Positions 1 to 10,679 are shown, counted from the stretch's first letter. The stretch: DNA of 64,000 bases from Opitutales bacterium (GCA_965226885.1 CBDDEL010000016.1:832001-896000), one strand, 5' to 3'. Translations and numbers: made by a program. The notes: a model not told the origin generated them from the sequence alone.

Positions 1-1117
1 AAGTCCCGATGATGGCCACCGGTATACTGATGACCGGTATGATCGTTGAACGGACATTGCGCAGAAAGATGAATATGGTGATGATGACCAGAATAAAAGC
101 CACCCCGAGTGTTATCCAGACCTCCCGGATGGCCCGCTCCACATATATGCTTTCGTCATAGGCGATGAAATACTCGAAACCCTCCGGCATGGTTGCGGAT
201 AAACGCTCCATCTCCTCTTTAATGCCTTTGGCCACCTGGATGGTGTTGGATTTCGACTGCTTGATGACACCCAACCCGATGGCCGGTTTGGAAGTGTAAC
301 GGGCCACCGTGCGCTCGTCTTCAACCCCTTTTTCCGCTCTTCCGATATCGTGCAGTCGAATGAGGTTGGCCCCCTCCTCGCGAATCACCAGGCGGTTGAA
401 TTCCTCCTCCGTTTTCAGTTCGCCCTTGGTCTGGATGGCTAATTCCCGCAGCCGGTTTTCCACCCGGCCACTGGGCAATTCGATGTTCTGCCGCCGCAAC
501 GCATCCTGCACATCCAGTACGGTGACCCCGCGGGCCGCCATTTTCTCCGAATCGAGCCAAAGCCGCATGGCAAAACGTTTGCTCCCGCCAAGAATGACAT
601 TGCTTACCCCCCGCACGGTCTGCAAGGGGTCCTTGATATTGTCCTCGGCATACTGAGAAAGCTCCATCGTAGTGCGGTTTGCGCTGTAAATGGCCACCCA
701 CATGAAGGGCCTGGCATCTCCATCCTGCTTGGCCACAACCGGCTCCAGAACTTCCTCCGGCAGTATCCCCCGGATACGGGCCACGCGGTCGCGCACATCC
801 TGGGCAGCCAGCTCGATTTCGCGCGATAGGTGAAACTCTATCGTAATGCTGCTAACCTGTTCCCGGCTTTGCGAAGACATGATTTTGATGCCCTCGACGG
901 TGTTGATAACTTCCTCCAGCCTTTCCGTTATTTCAGTCTCGACGACCTCGGCGCTGGCTCCCGGATAAACCGTCAGGACGTTGACGATGGGAGGATCGAC
1001 ATCGGGCAGTTCCCGCACCGGCAGCCGACTCAGGCCAATCAAGCCGAACAGTATCAAAGCCAGGCTCATCATGGAGGCAAAGACGGGCCGTTTGATGCAA
1101 ATTTCCGGCAGATTCAT
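1..1117 (-). CDS. RND efflux transporter permease (AcrB/AcrD/AcrF family), 3' part outside window
   Basis: Manual translation from ATG 1117: MNLPEICIKRPVFASMMSLALILFGLIGLSRLPVRELPDVDPPIVNVLTVYPGASAEVVETEIT..., the canonical RND N-terminus; frame open to the window edge; directly downstream of an MFP gene. Confidence 0.93.
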   Translation of the reverse strand, partial: MNLPEICIKRPVFASMMSLALILFGLIGLSRLPVRELPDVDPPIVNVLTVYPGASAEVVETEITERLEEVINTVEGIKIMSSQSREQVSSITIEFHLSREIELAAQDVRDRVARIRGILPEEVLEPVVAKQDGDARPFMWVAIYSANRTTMELSQYAEDNIKDPLQTVRGVSNVILGGSKRFAMRLWLDSEKMAARGVTVLDVQDALRRQNIELPSGRVENRLRELAIQTKGELKTEEEFNRLVIREEGANLIRLHDIGRAEKGVEDERTVARYTSKPAIGLGVIKQSKSNTIQVAKGIKEEMERLSATMPEGFEYFIAYDESIYVERAIREVWITLGVAFILVIITIFIFLRNVRSTIIPVISIPVAIIGT

Positions 1118-1176
1118 AAAAAAATTCGGTAGAAATTATTTAAGAACGAAATCAATTTAGAGATGGGATAATTTTC

Positions 1177-2352
1177 TCAGGAAGCTTCGTTCCCGGCATT
1201 GTTGGGCCGGGGGTTGACCGGTGTGCCCGGTCCGACTTTTTGATGGCCTTCGACAATGACTCTTTCCCCTGCGCTGAGCCCCTCAAGAATTTCCAGCGTC
1301 CCTTCCATCCGGATGCCGGCCTGAACCTCGCGCATTTGGGCGATATTATCGTCGTCTACGACCATCACAATCGATTTGTCGACCCTCATAATCAGGGCGG
1401 ACTCCGGGATAACCAAAGCGTCTTCCTTTTCCTGCAAAACAAGTTTAAGATTGCCGAACATGCCGGGCTTTAGGAGGCCGGACTCATTGTCGATAAAGGC
1501 CCGCACGAGCACATTGCGGGTAGTCACCTCCACCTCTGGAGAAATGAAGTAGACCTCCCCGGTAAAGGTGCTCTGCGCATAGGCGGCCACCGTAATATCG
1601 ATCCGCTGGCCGGTCTGCAATTGCCCGATGAAACGCTCGGGGACATCGAAATCCGCTTTGATGGGGTTCATGTTGACCAGCACGGTCATGGTTTGCCCGA
1701 CCTGCATGAACTGGCCCGGACTGACCTGGCGGTAGCCGACCACCCCGTCGAAAGGCGCCACGATTCGGGCATCCTTAAGCTCCCGCTTGCGCAATTCCAG
1801 AGTTGCCGCGGCAACGTCGAAATCTCCGATCGATTGGTCGTAGGTTTGCTCCGAAATAGTTTTGCTCTCCAGCAGGGATTTATTCCGGACCCGATTGGTT
1901 CGGGCCAGGGTGAAATTAGCCTTCGCCTCCGCCAGGCGGGCGCTTAATTTCTGATCGTCGAGGGCGACCAGCAGCCTGCCCTCTCGCACGGTATTGCCCT
2001 CCTCGAAATGGATCTTGCTGATCATTCCGCTGATTTCACTCTTGATTTCCACACGTTCATTGGCAGTCAGCGAGCCCACCAAATCGATCACCTCGATCAC
2101 TTTTTGCCGCTCCACCGGCGCCACCACGACATTGACAGCAAAGCTTTCCGGAGGCCCACCGCCCTCGCCGCCTCCGCAGCCGGATAAAAACAATGCCGAC
2201 GACGCCAGGACCAGCGATAAGCAGGCGGCCAGATAATGATAAATGTTAAGGTTTAGCCGAATTTTTAGCAGGGGTTTCATCAGCAGTGGGTGGGGTTCTA
2301 CCATTCCGGCAGCCAGCGATAAAGTTTGCGGGGTCAAACTGCCATTATTCAT
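1177..2352 (-). CDS. RND efflux periplasmic adaptor (membrane fusion protein)
   Basis: Lipobox-like LSGC, lipoyl/hairpin motifs (IVAPFDGVVG, LKPGMF, GLSAGERVIVEG). True start may be later (MKPLLK, ~2280). Confidence 0.92.
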   Translation of the reverse strand: MNNGSLTPQTLSLAAGMVEPHPLLMKPLLKIRLNLNIYHYLAACLSLVLASSALFLSGCGGGEGGGPPESFAVNVVVAPVERQKVIEVIDLVGSLTANERVEIKSEISGMISKIHFEEGNTVREGRLLVALDDQKLSARLAEAKANFTLARTNRVRNKSLLESKTISEQTYDQSIGDFDVAAATLELRKRELKDARIVAPFDGVVGYRQVSPGQFMQVGQTMTVLVNMNPIKADFDVPERFIGQLQTGQRIDITVAAYAQSTFTGEVYFISPEVEVTTRNVLVRAFIDNESGLLKPGMFGNLKLVLQEKEDALVIPESALIMRVDKSIVMVVDDDNIAQMREVQAGIRMEGTLEILEGLSAGERVIVEGHQKVGPGTPVNPRPNNAGNEAS

Positions 2353-2532
2353 TCATAAAAAGCGCATAGTAGGTAGTATAATGGCTAAAGCAAGTAATTC
2401 GATGCCCGGCATTCAGGCTGAATTCCTGGCCGGTAAACCGATTACCGAAATAAAAGACATGCCGGAACGATCCCGATTCTAGATCGGGAATCAAGGCAGG
2501 AAACTCTGATAACACTAAAAGTCCGGGGCTGG

Positions 2533-2955
2533 TCAAGCCGCCAACTCACTGGACGCAGCCGCAATCATGACGCCGGCCAGTAAACCATAGGCTGCTTCCC
2601 ACGCCTCCCGCACTGGTGGGGTAAAATCTTCACCCAATCCCTGCCCCAAAGTCCATATGAGGGCCTCTCCAACAATTGGGTAATGCCCCTCTTCCGCCCC
2701 GAGGGCAATGTGATGGCGACCCAGTTTTTCCACCGCCGGCACTAGGACTTCCGGGCTTTCCAGGTTTTTCACCACAAAGGCCAGGCTGGCCATTAATTTG
2801 CGCCCCTGGGCCTTTATATCCGTCTTGAAAAGAGGCTCAGCAGAAGGGGCGATCTCAAACAGGCGCGTATAAAACAAATCTGCCACCGTATCGGCAATCG
2901 GTGCGACTTTCTGAAAACTCTCTTTAACGTAACTAATCTGTTCTCGTGTCTTAAT
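2533..2955 (-). CDS. Single-domain globin (flavohaemoglobin-type globin domain); start codon uncertain
   Basis: In-frame KTREQISYVKESFQKVAPIADTVADLFYTRLFEIAP...LF...QGRKLM...LGRHH...HYPIVGEALIWTL...AWEAAY is a typical globin fold; no ATG at the expected start. Confidence 0.88.
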   Translation of the reverse strand: MKTREQISYVKESFQKVAPIADTVADLFYTRLFEIAPSAEPLFKTDIKAQGRKLMASLAFVVKNLESPEVLVPAVEKLGRHHIALGAEEGHYPIVGEALIWTLGQGLGEDFTPPVREAWEAAYGLLAGVMIAAASSELAA

Positions 2956-3177
2956 GGATCCTTATGGCTTATGCTGAGCGCTTGAACGACCAGCTCATTA
3001 GTTTTAAACGGGTGATTAAAAATCATGGTTCGTTACTCGCCCATGAAAGTCGGCCCTCAATTTCGTCAATTGAGCGCTTTTTTGATAAACACGTCCTAAA
3101 GTCGGAGCGGGAATAATCGAATTATCAATAACAGTATTTGATGTGCACTGGAAAAAGTGGACACGAGATTCTCCTAA

Positions 3178-3489
3178 ATGGAGAATCGAAGCATGGGAAG
3201 AAGACGCTTTAGTATAGAGTTCAAAAATGAGGCAGTTCAACTGATGATACTCGATGGTCTGAGCGCCACCGAGGTATCGACCAAACTTGGGGTCAACACC
3301 AACCAATTGTATAGGTGGAAGAGGCTCTATCTGGACGATCAGCAGGGCGAAGCCACCTCAAAGCGACAGAGCAGTCCGAAGGAGATGGCGGCCGAGATAG
3401 ATCGTCTTCGCAAAGAGCTGCGCCGCTCGGAGCGGATCAACCAGATACTAAAAAAAACGGTGGGCTACTTTGCCAAGGACGAACAATGA
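3178..3489 (+). CDS. IS3 transposase OrfA (HTH)
   Basis: RRRFSIEFKNEAV...LGVNTNQLYRW; A-run slippery site near the 3' end. Confidence 0.93.
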   Translation: MENRSMGRRRFSIEFKNEAVQLMILDGLSATEVSTKLGVNTNQLYRWKRLYLDDQQGEATSKRQSSPKEMAAEIDRLRKELRRSERINQILKKTVGYFAKDEQ

Positions 3490-4403
3490 AGTACCAGTTT
3501 GTCAAAGACAACGAGGGGCGCTTCAAGATCGAGGAAATATGCTCGGCGATGGGGATTTGTCGCAGTGGCTATTACTGCTGGAGGCACCGAGCGCCCTCGG
3601 CCCGGCGGATCGAGGACGAGGGAATCAAGGGGGCGATCCTGAAGGTACACAAAGAGGCCAAGGGCCGCTATGGGCATCGGCCAATGCACCGCCATCTGAA
3701 GGATGATGAGGGCATCGATTGCGGCCGTGACCGGGCTCTGCGTCTGATGCGTGAAATGGGAATCAAAAGCACCCAGAGTAAACGCTTTAAGCCATTAAAA
3801 ACCAACAGTAACCATCCCTATGGTTACAGCCCCAATGTGCTTAAAAAGCATGGCCAGCCGACCCATATCGACGAGGTCTGGGTGGCGGACACGACCTACC
3901 TACGGACCCTGGCCGGTTGGATGTACTTGGCCACGGTGATGGACCTGTTCAGCCGACGCCTGCTGGGCTGGAGCGTTTCCAACCACAACGACGCGAAGCT
4001 GGTTGGCAAGGCCCTCAAAGCCGCGGCCATGACCCGCGGCACACTGCGCACCGGGATTATTCATCACAGCGATCGGGGCAGCCCCTACGCCAGCGACGAC
4101 TATCAGAGGCTGGTCTCTGAACTAGGCATGAAGCCGAGCATGAGCGCCCAAGGCAACTGCTACGACAACGCGGCCATGGAATCGTTCTACGGCCGCTTCA
4201 AGACCAGCACGATTCGAGGCCGCCACTTTGCCGACGAGCGCGAACTGCGATCAACTGTCTTCGAATACGTGGAAATCTTCTACAACCGATATCGCAAACA
4301 TTCCTCTCTGAGTTACCAAAGCCCAGTCCAATTCGAGGAAAATATTTGCCCCCCATGGGGGGCAACGAGAAAACAAAACCCTTTACCAAAACAAGCCGCC
4401 TGA
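3486..4403 (+). CDS. IS3 transposase OrfB (DDE/rve integrase core)
   Basis: WVADTTY, HHSDRGSPY, CYDNAAMESFY motifs; ATG overlaps the orfA stop. Confidence 0.95.
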   Translation: MKYQFVKDNEGRFKIEEICSAMGICRSGYYCWRHRAPSARRIEDEGIKGAILKVHKEAKGRYGHRPMHRHLKDDEGIDCGRDRALRLMREMGIKSTQSKRFKPLKTNSNHPYGYSPNVLKKHGQPTHIDEVWVADTTYLRTLAGWMYLATVMDLFSRRLLGWSVSNHNDAKLVGKALKAAAMTRGTLRTGIIHHSDRGSPYASDDYQRLVSELGMKPSMSAQGNCYDNAAMESFYGRFKTSTIRGRHFADERELRSTVFEYVEIFYNRYRKHSSLSYQSPVQFEENICPPWGATRKQNPLPKQAA

Positions 4404-4538
4404 CACACTAATCAATAAACAATGAATATAAGAGAATCCCGTGTCCAACAAATCCAGTACACGTCAATTTTATTAATTTCCTGCAAAGACAGGACGGCAC
4501 TGAATCTACGGATCTATTGAAGACAACCTACCTTAATA

Positions 4539-4898
4539 ATGAAAATCGCCATTGTGGACGACTCGGGCTTCTCTCGTAGTCGGGTTAGAACTTATTTGAA
4601 GCGCATCTTTCCGCACGCCTCTTTCATTGAATGCGCCGATGGTGTGGAGGCTCTGAAACAACTGCCGGGGGAGGAACTTGAATTTGTCACTCTCGACCTG
4701 GTGATGCCGAACATTGACGGATTGGAACTCCTCAAGCGTTTGAAGGAAATAGATTTTCAACCCCCGATTGTAATTTTGACAGCCAACATTCAGGAAATTA
4801 TTCAGACCGAATGCCGGAACTGGGGCTGTTACGGGTTTGTGGAAAAACCCATCAACCAGGAAAAAATTGCCGACATGGTTCAGGGCCTGGGTTTATGA
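4539..4898 (+). CDS. Single-domain response regulator (CheY-like)
   Basis: IVDDS, LDLVMPNIDG (phospho-Asp), ILTA, FVEKP. Confidence 0.92.
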   Translation: MKIAIVDDSGFSRSRVRTYLKRIFPHASFIECADGVEALKQLPGEELEFVTLDLVMPNIDGLELLKRLKEIDFQPPIVILTANIQEIIQTECRNWGCYGFVEKPINQEKIADMVQGLGL

Positions 4899-5545
4899 GC
4901 AAAAAGGCCCCAGTCCTGCATAAAGATCTCCCAGTCCTGCATAAAGATCTTAAAGAGGTTTTTGTTGAGATTGTAAACATCGGTCTCGGTAAAGCGGCCG
5001 CCGCCCTATCGGATTTGACAGAACTTCCGGTCCAGATTTCGGCCCCCAGTCTGGAGGTTTTTGGTCCCGGCGCACTCGATCGGGTAAGCGAACTCGAATC
5101 CATCACTTCGATAAGGATCAGTCAGTCTTTTACCGGCCGGGATTTATCCGGGCATGGATTGCTCGTCCTCAACAAAAGCGGCGCCCTGCGCCTGGCGGTG
5201 CTGCTGATGGGGGAACCACGGGAACAGGAAGCTTTTGGAGGGATCGAGCAAATGGCTCTTCTGGAAACCGGCAATATTATGATCGGGAGCGTTGTTGGCA
5301 CTTTGGGCAACATGCTCAGCACGCTTATGCGATACGATTTGCCTCGTTTGCAGGTCAAGGGGACCAATGGCGCTATCGAACTGGTATCGGACATTATCCA
5401 TCCCAATATAACTTATATTCTGCTGGTGCGAGCCACCCTCTGCATAGGGGAAACAGAGGTAAGCGGCAACTTCATCCTCCTTTTCGAGAAACACAGTTAC
5501 AACACCCTTTGCCACCTTCTGGAGAATCATTTGATCCTCAAATGA
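4895..5545 (+). CDS. CheC-like aspartyl phosphatase
   Basis: Two E-x2-N motifs (EIVNIGLG, ETGNIMIG); ATG 4895 overlaps the regulator stop; carries an in-frame 21-bp duplication (PVLHKDL x2). Confidence 0.85.
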   Translation: MSKKAPVLHKDLPVLHKDLKEVFVEIVNIGLGKAAAALSDLTELPVQISAPSLEVFGPGALDRVSELESITSIRISQSFTGRDLSGHGLLVLNKSGALRLAVLLMGEPREQEAFGGIEQMALLETGNIMIGSVVGTLGNMLSTLMRYDLPRLQVKGTNGAIELVSDIIHPNITYILLVRATLCIGETEVSGNFILLFEKHSYNTLCHLLENHLILK

Positions 5546-7193
5546 AAAGCAATACCGAATTGGCAAGCATGGATTCGCTCCCCGTAGGGTTTTTTCAAAT
5601 CGACTGGGAAAACCGCATCATGGTGTGGAACCACTGGATGGAGATGCACACCGGCTACTCCAAAAAGGACGTCCTGGGATGCCGCCTGGAAGCCTTCTAC
5701 CCCGGCCAAAAAACCGTCTTTAGCATAATTGAGGAAGCGCGCCGGTGCGGCTGCCAGCCGGTTATTTTATCACAGCTTTTGCACTCTTATTTCCTTCCCA
5801 TCCAGCTAGGGGAAAATCACCTCAGTGGGTTTCAAATGATGCAGCAGGATTGCCATATCGTGCCCCAGGACGAGCCGGGCGGATCACTCGCCATCACCAT
5901 TCAAGATGTTACCTCGCATGTGATCGGCCGGCGGCGCATCAATAATTTGCATGTTGATTTGAAGGAAACCAGCGACGCGGCTTTGGAATCGGCAAAGGAA
6001 AAATCGGAAATCCTGGCCATGATGAGCCACGAAATACGCACCCCCATGAACGCCGTTATTGGATTTACGGACATTTTGCTGGAATCCTCTCTCGATCCCT
6101 TGCAGCTCGATTACGTTAAAATCATACAGCAAAGCGGCGCCAGGCTATTGCGCCTCCTCTCCGACATCCTCGATTTCTCCAAACTGGAAGCCAATCGCAT
6201 CGAACTGCATACACCCTTCATCGACCTGCGAGGTTGCATTGCAGAAGTATCCCGGATGGCTGAAAAGATGGCTTCCGATAAAGGATTGACCTATTCCTGG
6301 AAGGCCGCCTCGCCCCTTCCCTTGAAGGTAAAGGCAGACACCGGAAGACTCACCCAGGTCCTCCTCAATCTTCTCAGCAATAGCATCAAGCATCAAGTTC
6401 ACTGAAAACGGAACCGCTCAATTAATTGTAAAATCCAAGAAATTGGGAGCCGACTCGGTGGAATTACTTTTTTCTATCAGCGATAAGCGATACCGGCCCC
6501 GGCATACCGGCAAATCGAAGAAATCGGCTTTTCAAGCCCTTCAGCCAAGTCGATTCAAAGATTTGGGAACGCCACGGCGGCACCGGCCTGGGTCTGGCCA
6601 TTTCAAAAAAACTGGTCGAGTTGATGGGCGGTAAAATCTGGCTGGATGATGATTGCCAAACCGGAGCCACCTTCCACTTCACCCTCCCGGCGGGGATCCA
6701 GGAAGGAGATAGTTTTAACAGCGATATCAAAATAAACGGCTCCACCGGAAAGGAAGCGACGAAGGCACTCTCCATCCTACTGGTCGAAGATCACCCCCTC
6801 AATCGTAAACTGACTGCTGCTCAGTTGAAAAAGTTGGGACATAGCTCCAGTTTTGCCCAGGACGGGCGGGAATGCATCCAAGTACTCGCTCGTGAAAAAT
6901 TTGATCTCATCCTTATGGACCTGCAAATGCCCGTCATGGACGGCTACGAGGCTGCCAGCCGCATCCGCAACGGAGAAGCCGGTTCGTCCAGCCAGTGGTT
7001 GCCCATTATCGCCATATCGGCGAACGCCAGCAACCTCGCTCAGGAACGCTGCATGGAAGTCGGAATGAACGATTATTTTTCCAAACCAGTAACCATGAGC
7101 AACCTCAAGAAAGCACTCGAATATTGGACTACAAAAGCAAAGCAGGCCAATCCCCGCGAACTGGCGAAAGCGACAGCAAACAGGTTTCAATAG
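5542..7193 (+). pseudogene. PAS / HisKA / HATPase / receiver hybrid histidine kinase, frameshifted twice
   Basis: H-box SHEIRTPMNAV, N-box QVLLNLLSNSIK, G-boxes DTGPGI and GGTGLGLAIS, receiver MDLQMPVMDG. Removing two 7-bp duplications (6382-6395, 6479-6492) restores one frame. Confidence 0.9.
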
Positions 7194-7267
7194 AAAGAAA
7201 CCAAAATTATCAACCCCTGCAATGTAGTAGCTACAGCTTGACCCGACAAATTAGTTAGAGTTAGGTA

Positions 7268-9051
7268 GAGGCTGTCCCAAAAATATAAAGATTTTATAGT
7301 CAACTGGATGACGTTGATAAAAAGAGCCGGAAAGAGCAAGTTTTTGCTCGATCCGGCCAAAAAAGGGTTCTATAATTGAGTTAGCGAAAATCAATATAGC
7401 CCTTTCTATGTTCTATGAAAAATATAGCCATCCAATGCCTCCTGCGTCCAGCTTTAACTGTGGTCGACCGGTGCCTCGATTACGATAACTTCCGCGCCAC
7501 CATTGATCGAATCGATCGGCTGCTGATCGACTCGGAGGTGGAATCGCAGGCCATTGAGCTGGCCTTGGAGGGGTGGCCGCCAATGGGTCTAAAGGCCCGG
7601 CGGCAGCGGGCCAGTTTTGCCATCAAGGCACTGCGCATGGATACGCTGGGCCGTCTGCTCGGAGGGATTTCGTTTCGGCATTTGTCGCGGGCTCTGGGCA
7701 GCAGCGATCTGTTGGCCGACTTTTGCCGTGTCCGGCAGATCGATGGCATCAGGGGCATCTCCAAAAGCACCCTGGAGCGGGCCTCGAAGTTTTTCAGCGA
7801 AGAGCAGTTGAGGGCCTTGCACCGGACCTTGACTGAGGTGGTGGGCGATGCCCTTCTGGGCCGGCAGGTGGGCCGGCAGGTGGGATTGGACAAGCCGATT
7901 GACACCACCATTTGCCTGATCGACGGCACCTGTTTGGAGGCTAACATTCATTGGCCGACGGACTGGGTATTACTCAAGGATGTAGCCGGCACGTTGCTCA
8001 AAGCGATCCGGCTGATCCGCGAGAAGGCCGGTGTGCGCCATCGCATGCCGATCGAACCGGAGCCCTTGGCTCGGCAGATGAATCGGCTGTGCATACAGAT
8101 GACCCACAGCCGGCGGCGAAAAGACAGCGCGCGGCAGCGCAAGGGTATCTTGAGGCAGATGAAAAAGCTGCTCAAACGGATCGGGGAGCATGCCCGCAGT
8201 CACCGGGAATTATTGCAAGCCTGCTGGGAGCAAAGCGATTACAGCGAAAAACAGGTCCAACAGATCCTCGCCCGGATGGAGCGCATGAGCGAGCAAATCC
8301 CGGTGGTCATCAAACAGGCGCACGAGCGGATCATTGGCGGCCGCCAGGTGAAAAACGCAGAGAAAGTCTTGAGTGTTTACGAACTCGATGGGCAGGTGAT
8401 TGTGCGAGGTAAAGCGGGCCAAGAGGTCGAGTTCGGCAACACCCTGTTTTTGGGAGAAAGCGTTGAAGGGTACCTGCTGGACTGGAAACTCTACGGCAGC
8501 CGAACTCCAAGCGAAAATGAACAAATGCAAGAGAGTTTGCAAAGACAGAACCGCTTCAACCTGGAAGAACCCATAGCGGCCATGTGCGCGGACCGGGGAT
8601 TTGCCTCCCAGCGGGCCCGCCGGCAGTTAGCCCAGGAGGGAATCTACGACGCGCTCTGTCCACGCGATCCGAAGCAGTTGAAAAAACGGATGGAGGAACC
8701 ACTGTTCAGACAATTGCAAAAGCGCCGGGCCAGCACCGAAGGGCGGATCGGGGTATTGAAGAATCGCTGGCAGGCCGGGCGGTTGCGCAGCAAAGGCTTT
8801 GCCAACCGCTCGATCAGCGTAGCCTGGTCGGTACTCTCGCACAACCTATGGAAAGTAGCCAAGATGCTGGCCCAGCAAGACGAACTAAAAACCAAAGCGG
8901 CGGCCTAGAGAGCGGAAAAGCAAGGACAATACTTTTTCACAGCCGTACTGTCGGCTCATACAAAGAAAACCAGGCAACCGGACCCCAAAACCAGTATCCT
9001 AACGTCATAGGAGAGCAAAGTTGATACTCTCCCAAATGCAAATACCTCTAA
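7268..9051 (+). mobile_element. IS5/ISNCY-like element copy 1, right end lost at an IS1380 junction
   Basis: Left IR gaggctgtcccaaaa preceded by TAGGTA; sequence matches copies 2 and 3 up to CTAA at 9048-9051. Confidence 0.92.
7415..8908 (+). CDS. DDE transposase (IS5/ISNCY-like), 497 aa
   Basis: IDGT, RGKAGQEVEFG, ADRGF, RASTEGRIGVLK; in-frame 12-bp duplication relative to the other copies. Family assignment approximate. Confidence 0.88.
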   Translation: MKNIAIQCLLRPALTVVDRCLDYDNFRATIDRIDRLLIDSEVESQAIELALEGWPPMGLKARRQRASFAIKALRMDTLGRLLGGISFRHLSRALGSSDLLADFCRVRQIDGIRGISKSTLERASKFFSEEQLRALHRTLTEVVGDALLGRQVGRQVGLDKPIDTTICLIDGTCLEANIHWPTDWVLLKDVAGTLLKAIRLIREKAGVRHRMPIEPEPLARQMNRLCIQMTHSRRRKDSARQRKGILRQMKKLLKRIGEHARSHRELLQACWEQSDYSEKQVQQILARMERMSEQIPVVIKQAHERIIGGRQVKNAEKVLSVYELDGQVIVRGKAGQEVEFGNTLFLGESVEGYLLDWKLYGSRTPSENEQMQESLQRQNRFNLEEPIAAMCADRGFASQRARRQLAQEGIYDALCPRDPKQLKKRMEEPLFRQLQKRRASTEGRIGVLKNRWQAGRLRSKGFANRSISVAWSVLSHNLWKVAKMLAQQDELKTKAAA

Positions 9052-9173
9052 CCCGGATATTTCATGAAGGGTAAAGTTTGGCTCGTTATTGCTATTGGAT
9101 GTAAACGCCGGGGAAAAACCGGTACGGTAAAGAGGGCGCTTTAAAACCGGTACGCTTATCCTAGAAAGGAGGA

Positions 9174-10679
9174 GTGTATCGAGATATGAAGCAATGGACA
9201 AGAGTGCGGCACAAAGTGCTGCGGGACAAGCAGAGCAAGCGCTCTGTAATGCGAGAAGAGGGACTGCACTGGGAGACCCTGGGAAAGATGCTGGCCTATT
9301 CCCAGCCGCCGGGAGACCGGCGCAAGAAGAGGCGAGAGCGCAAGATCGATCCGTATGTGGGCTGGATCGAGGAGGTGCTCAAAGCGGACCGGAACGTGCC
9401 CAAGAAGCAGCGCCATACGGCCAAACGGATCTACCAGCGTTTGGGTCGGGAGAAGGGCTACCAAGGGGGCTACACGGCGGTCAAGGAGGTGGTGGCCGAG
9501 CTGCGAGCGAGGCGGCGGGAAGTGTTCGTGCCGCTGGAGCACCGCCCCGGGGAGGGACAGGTGGACTTCGGTCATGCCCTGGTGAAGGAGGCGGGGCAAT
9601 TGCGTAGGCGGCCATTTTCTGCCATGAGCCTGCCCTACAGCGATGCCTTTTTCGTGCAGGTGTTCGAACGGGAGTGCACGGAGAGCTTCTGGGAGGGGCA
9701 CCTGCGAGCTTTTGAGTTTTTCGGGGCGGTGCCCCGGCGCATCAGCTATGACAACTCGAAGGTGGCGGTGGGTAAGATTATCGGTTCGCGTGAACGCAAG
9801 CTGACCGACGGGTTTCTGCAGCTACAGAGCCATTACCTGTTCGAGGAACACTTCTGTCTGCCCGCCCGGCCCAACGAGAAGGGCGTGGTCGAGGGGATCG
9901 TGCGTTATGCCCGGGCCAACTTCCTGGTACCGGTACCGCAGGTTCGGGACCTGGAGGAACTCAACGCAAAGCTGTTGGAGGCATGTGAGCGGGACATGGA
10001 GCGTAAATTACGCGGGAAAAGGGCGGTGAAAAAGGAACTGCTGGCCGAGGAGCGCGCCGTCATGCTGGCGTTGCCGCCCATACCCTTTGAAGCGAGCCGC
10101 AAACGCTCGACCTGCGTCAGCAGCCTCTCGCTGGTGCGCTTCGAGTGCAACGACTATTCGGTGCCGGTGCGCTGCGCCCACCATCCGGTGGTGGTGGAAG
10201 GGTCCTGTCGGCAGGTGGTGATCTTCTGTGGGGGCCAAGAGGTGGCCCGGCACCGCCGCATTTGGGATAAAGAGCAAGTCTCTTTCGAGCCGGTGCACTA
10301 CCTGGCTTTGCTGGAGAAAAAACCGGGCGCTTTGGACTTCGCCCGCCCACTCTCGGGCTGGCAGTTGCCGCAGTGCCTGCAGGTCCTCAGACGCCGGCTC
10401 GAAAGCCAATGCGGGGGCGAAGGCACCCGGGAGTATATCCGGGTGCTGCGGCTGTTGGAGAAACACCCCATGGCGGCCTTGCAGCAGGCCGTCGTCTCGG
10501 CCCTGCGGGTGGGGGGACTGACTCGTGAGGCCATCGCCCAGTATCTCTATCCTCAGGAAGACTACGGGAGCAGAACCTTCCGGCTGGACGGCCATCCACA
10601 CCTGCGTCACGTCCGTGTGGCCGCCCCTGACCTCGGTGCCTACAGCGAACTGCTCAAGATTCCAGGAGGGGCTTTATGA
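9174..10679 (+). CDS. istA: IS21 transposase IstA
   Basis: PKKQRHTAKRIY, GQVDFG, YDN, NEKGVVE, YSVP motifs. Confidence 0.95.
   Translation: MYRDMKQWTRVRHKVLRDKQSKRSVMREEGLHWETLGKMLAYSQPPGDRRKKRRERKIDPYVGWIEEVLKADRNVPKKQRHTAKRIYQRLGREKGYQGGYTAVKEVVAELRARRREVFVPLEHRPGEGQVDFGHALVKEAGQLRRRPFSAMSLPYSDAFFVQVFERECTESFWEGHLRAFEFFGAVPRRISYDNSKVAVGKIIGSRERKLTDGFLQLQSHYLFEEHFCLPARPNEKGVVEGIVRYARANFLVPVPQVRDLEELNAKLLEACERDMERKLRGKRAVKKELLAEERAVMLALPPIPFEASRKRSTCVSSLSLVRFECNDYSVPVRCAHHPVVVEGSCRQVVIFCGGQEVARHRRIWDKEQVSFEPVHYLALLEKKPGALDFARPLSGWQLPQCLQVLRRRLESQCGGEGTREYIRVLRLLEKHPMAALQQAVVSALRVGGLTREAIAQYLYPQEDYGSRTFRLDGHPHLRHVRVAAPDLGAYSELLKIPGGAL

Larger units (their letters stand above)
3139..4466 (+). 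mobile_element. IS3-family element type a, copy 1
   Basis: TG...CA ends with imperfect IRs (tgatgtgcactggaaaaagtggacacg / cgtgtccaacaaatccagtacacgtca), 3-bp target duplication ATT, orfA + orfB. Confidence 0.96.
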
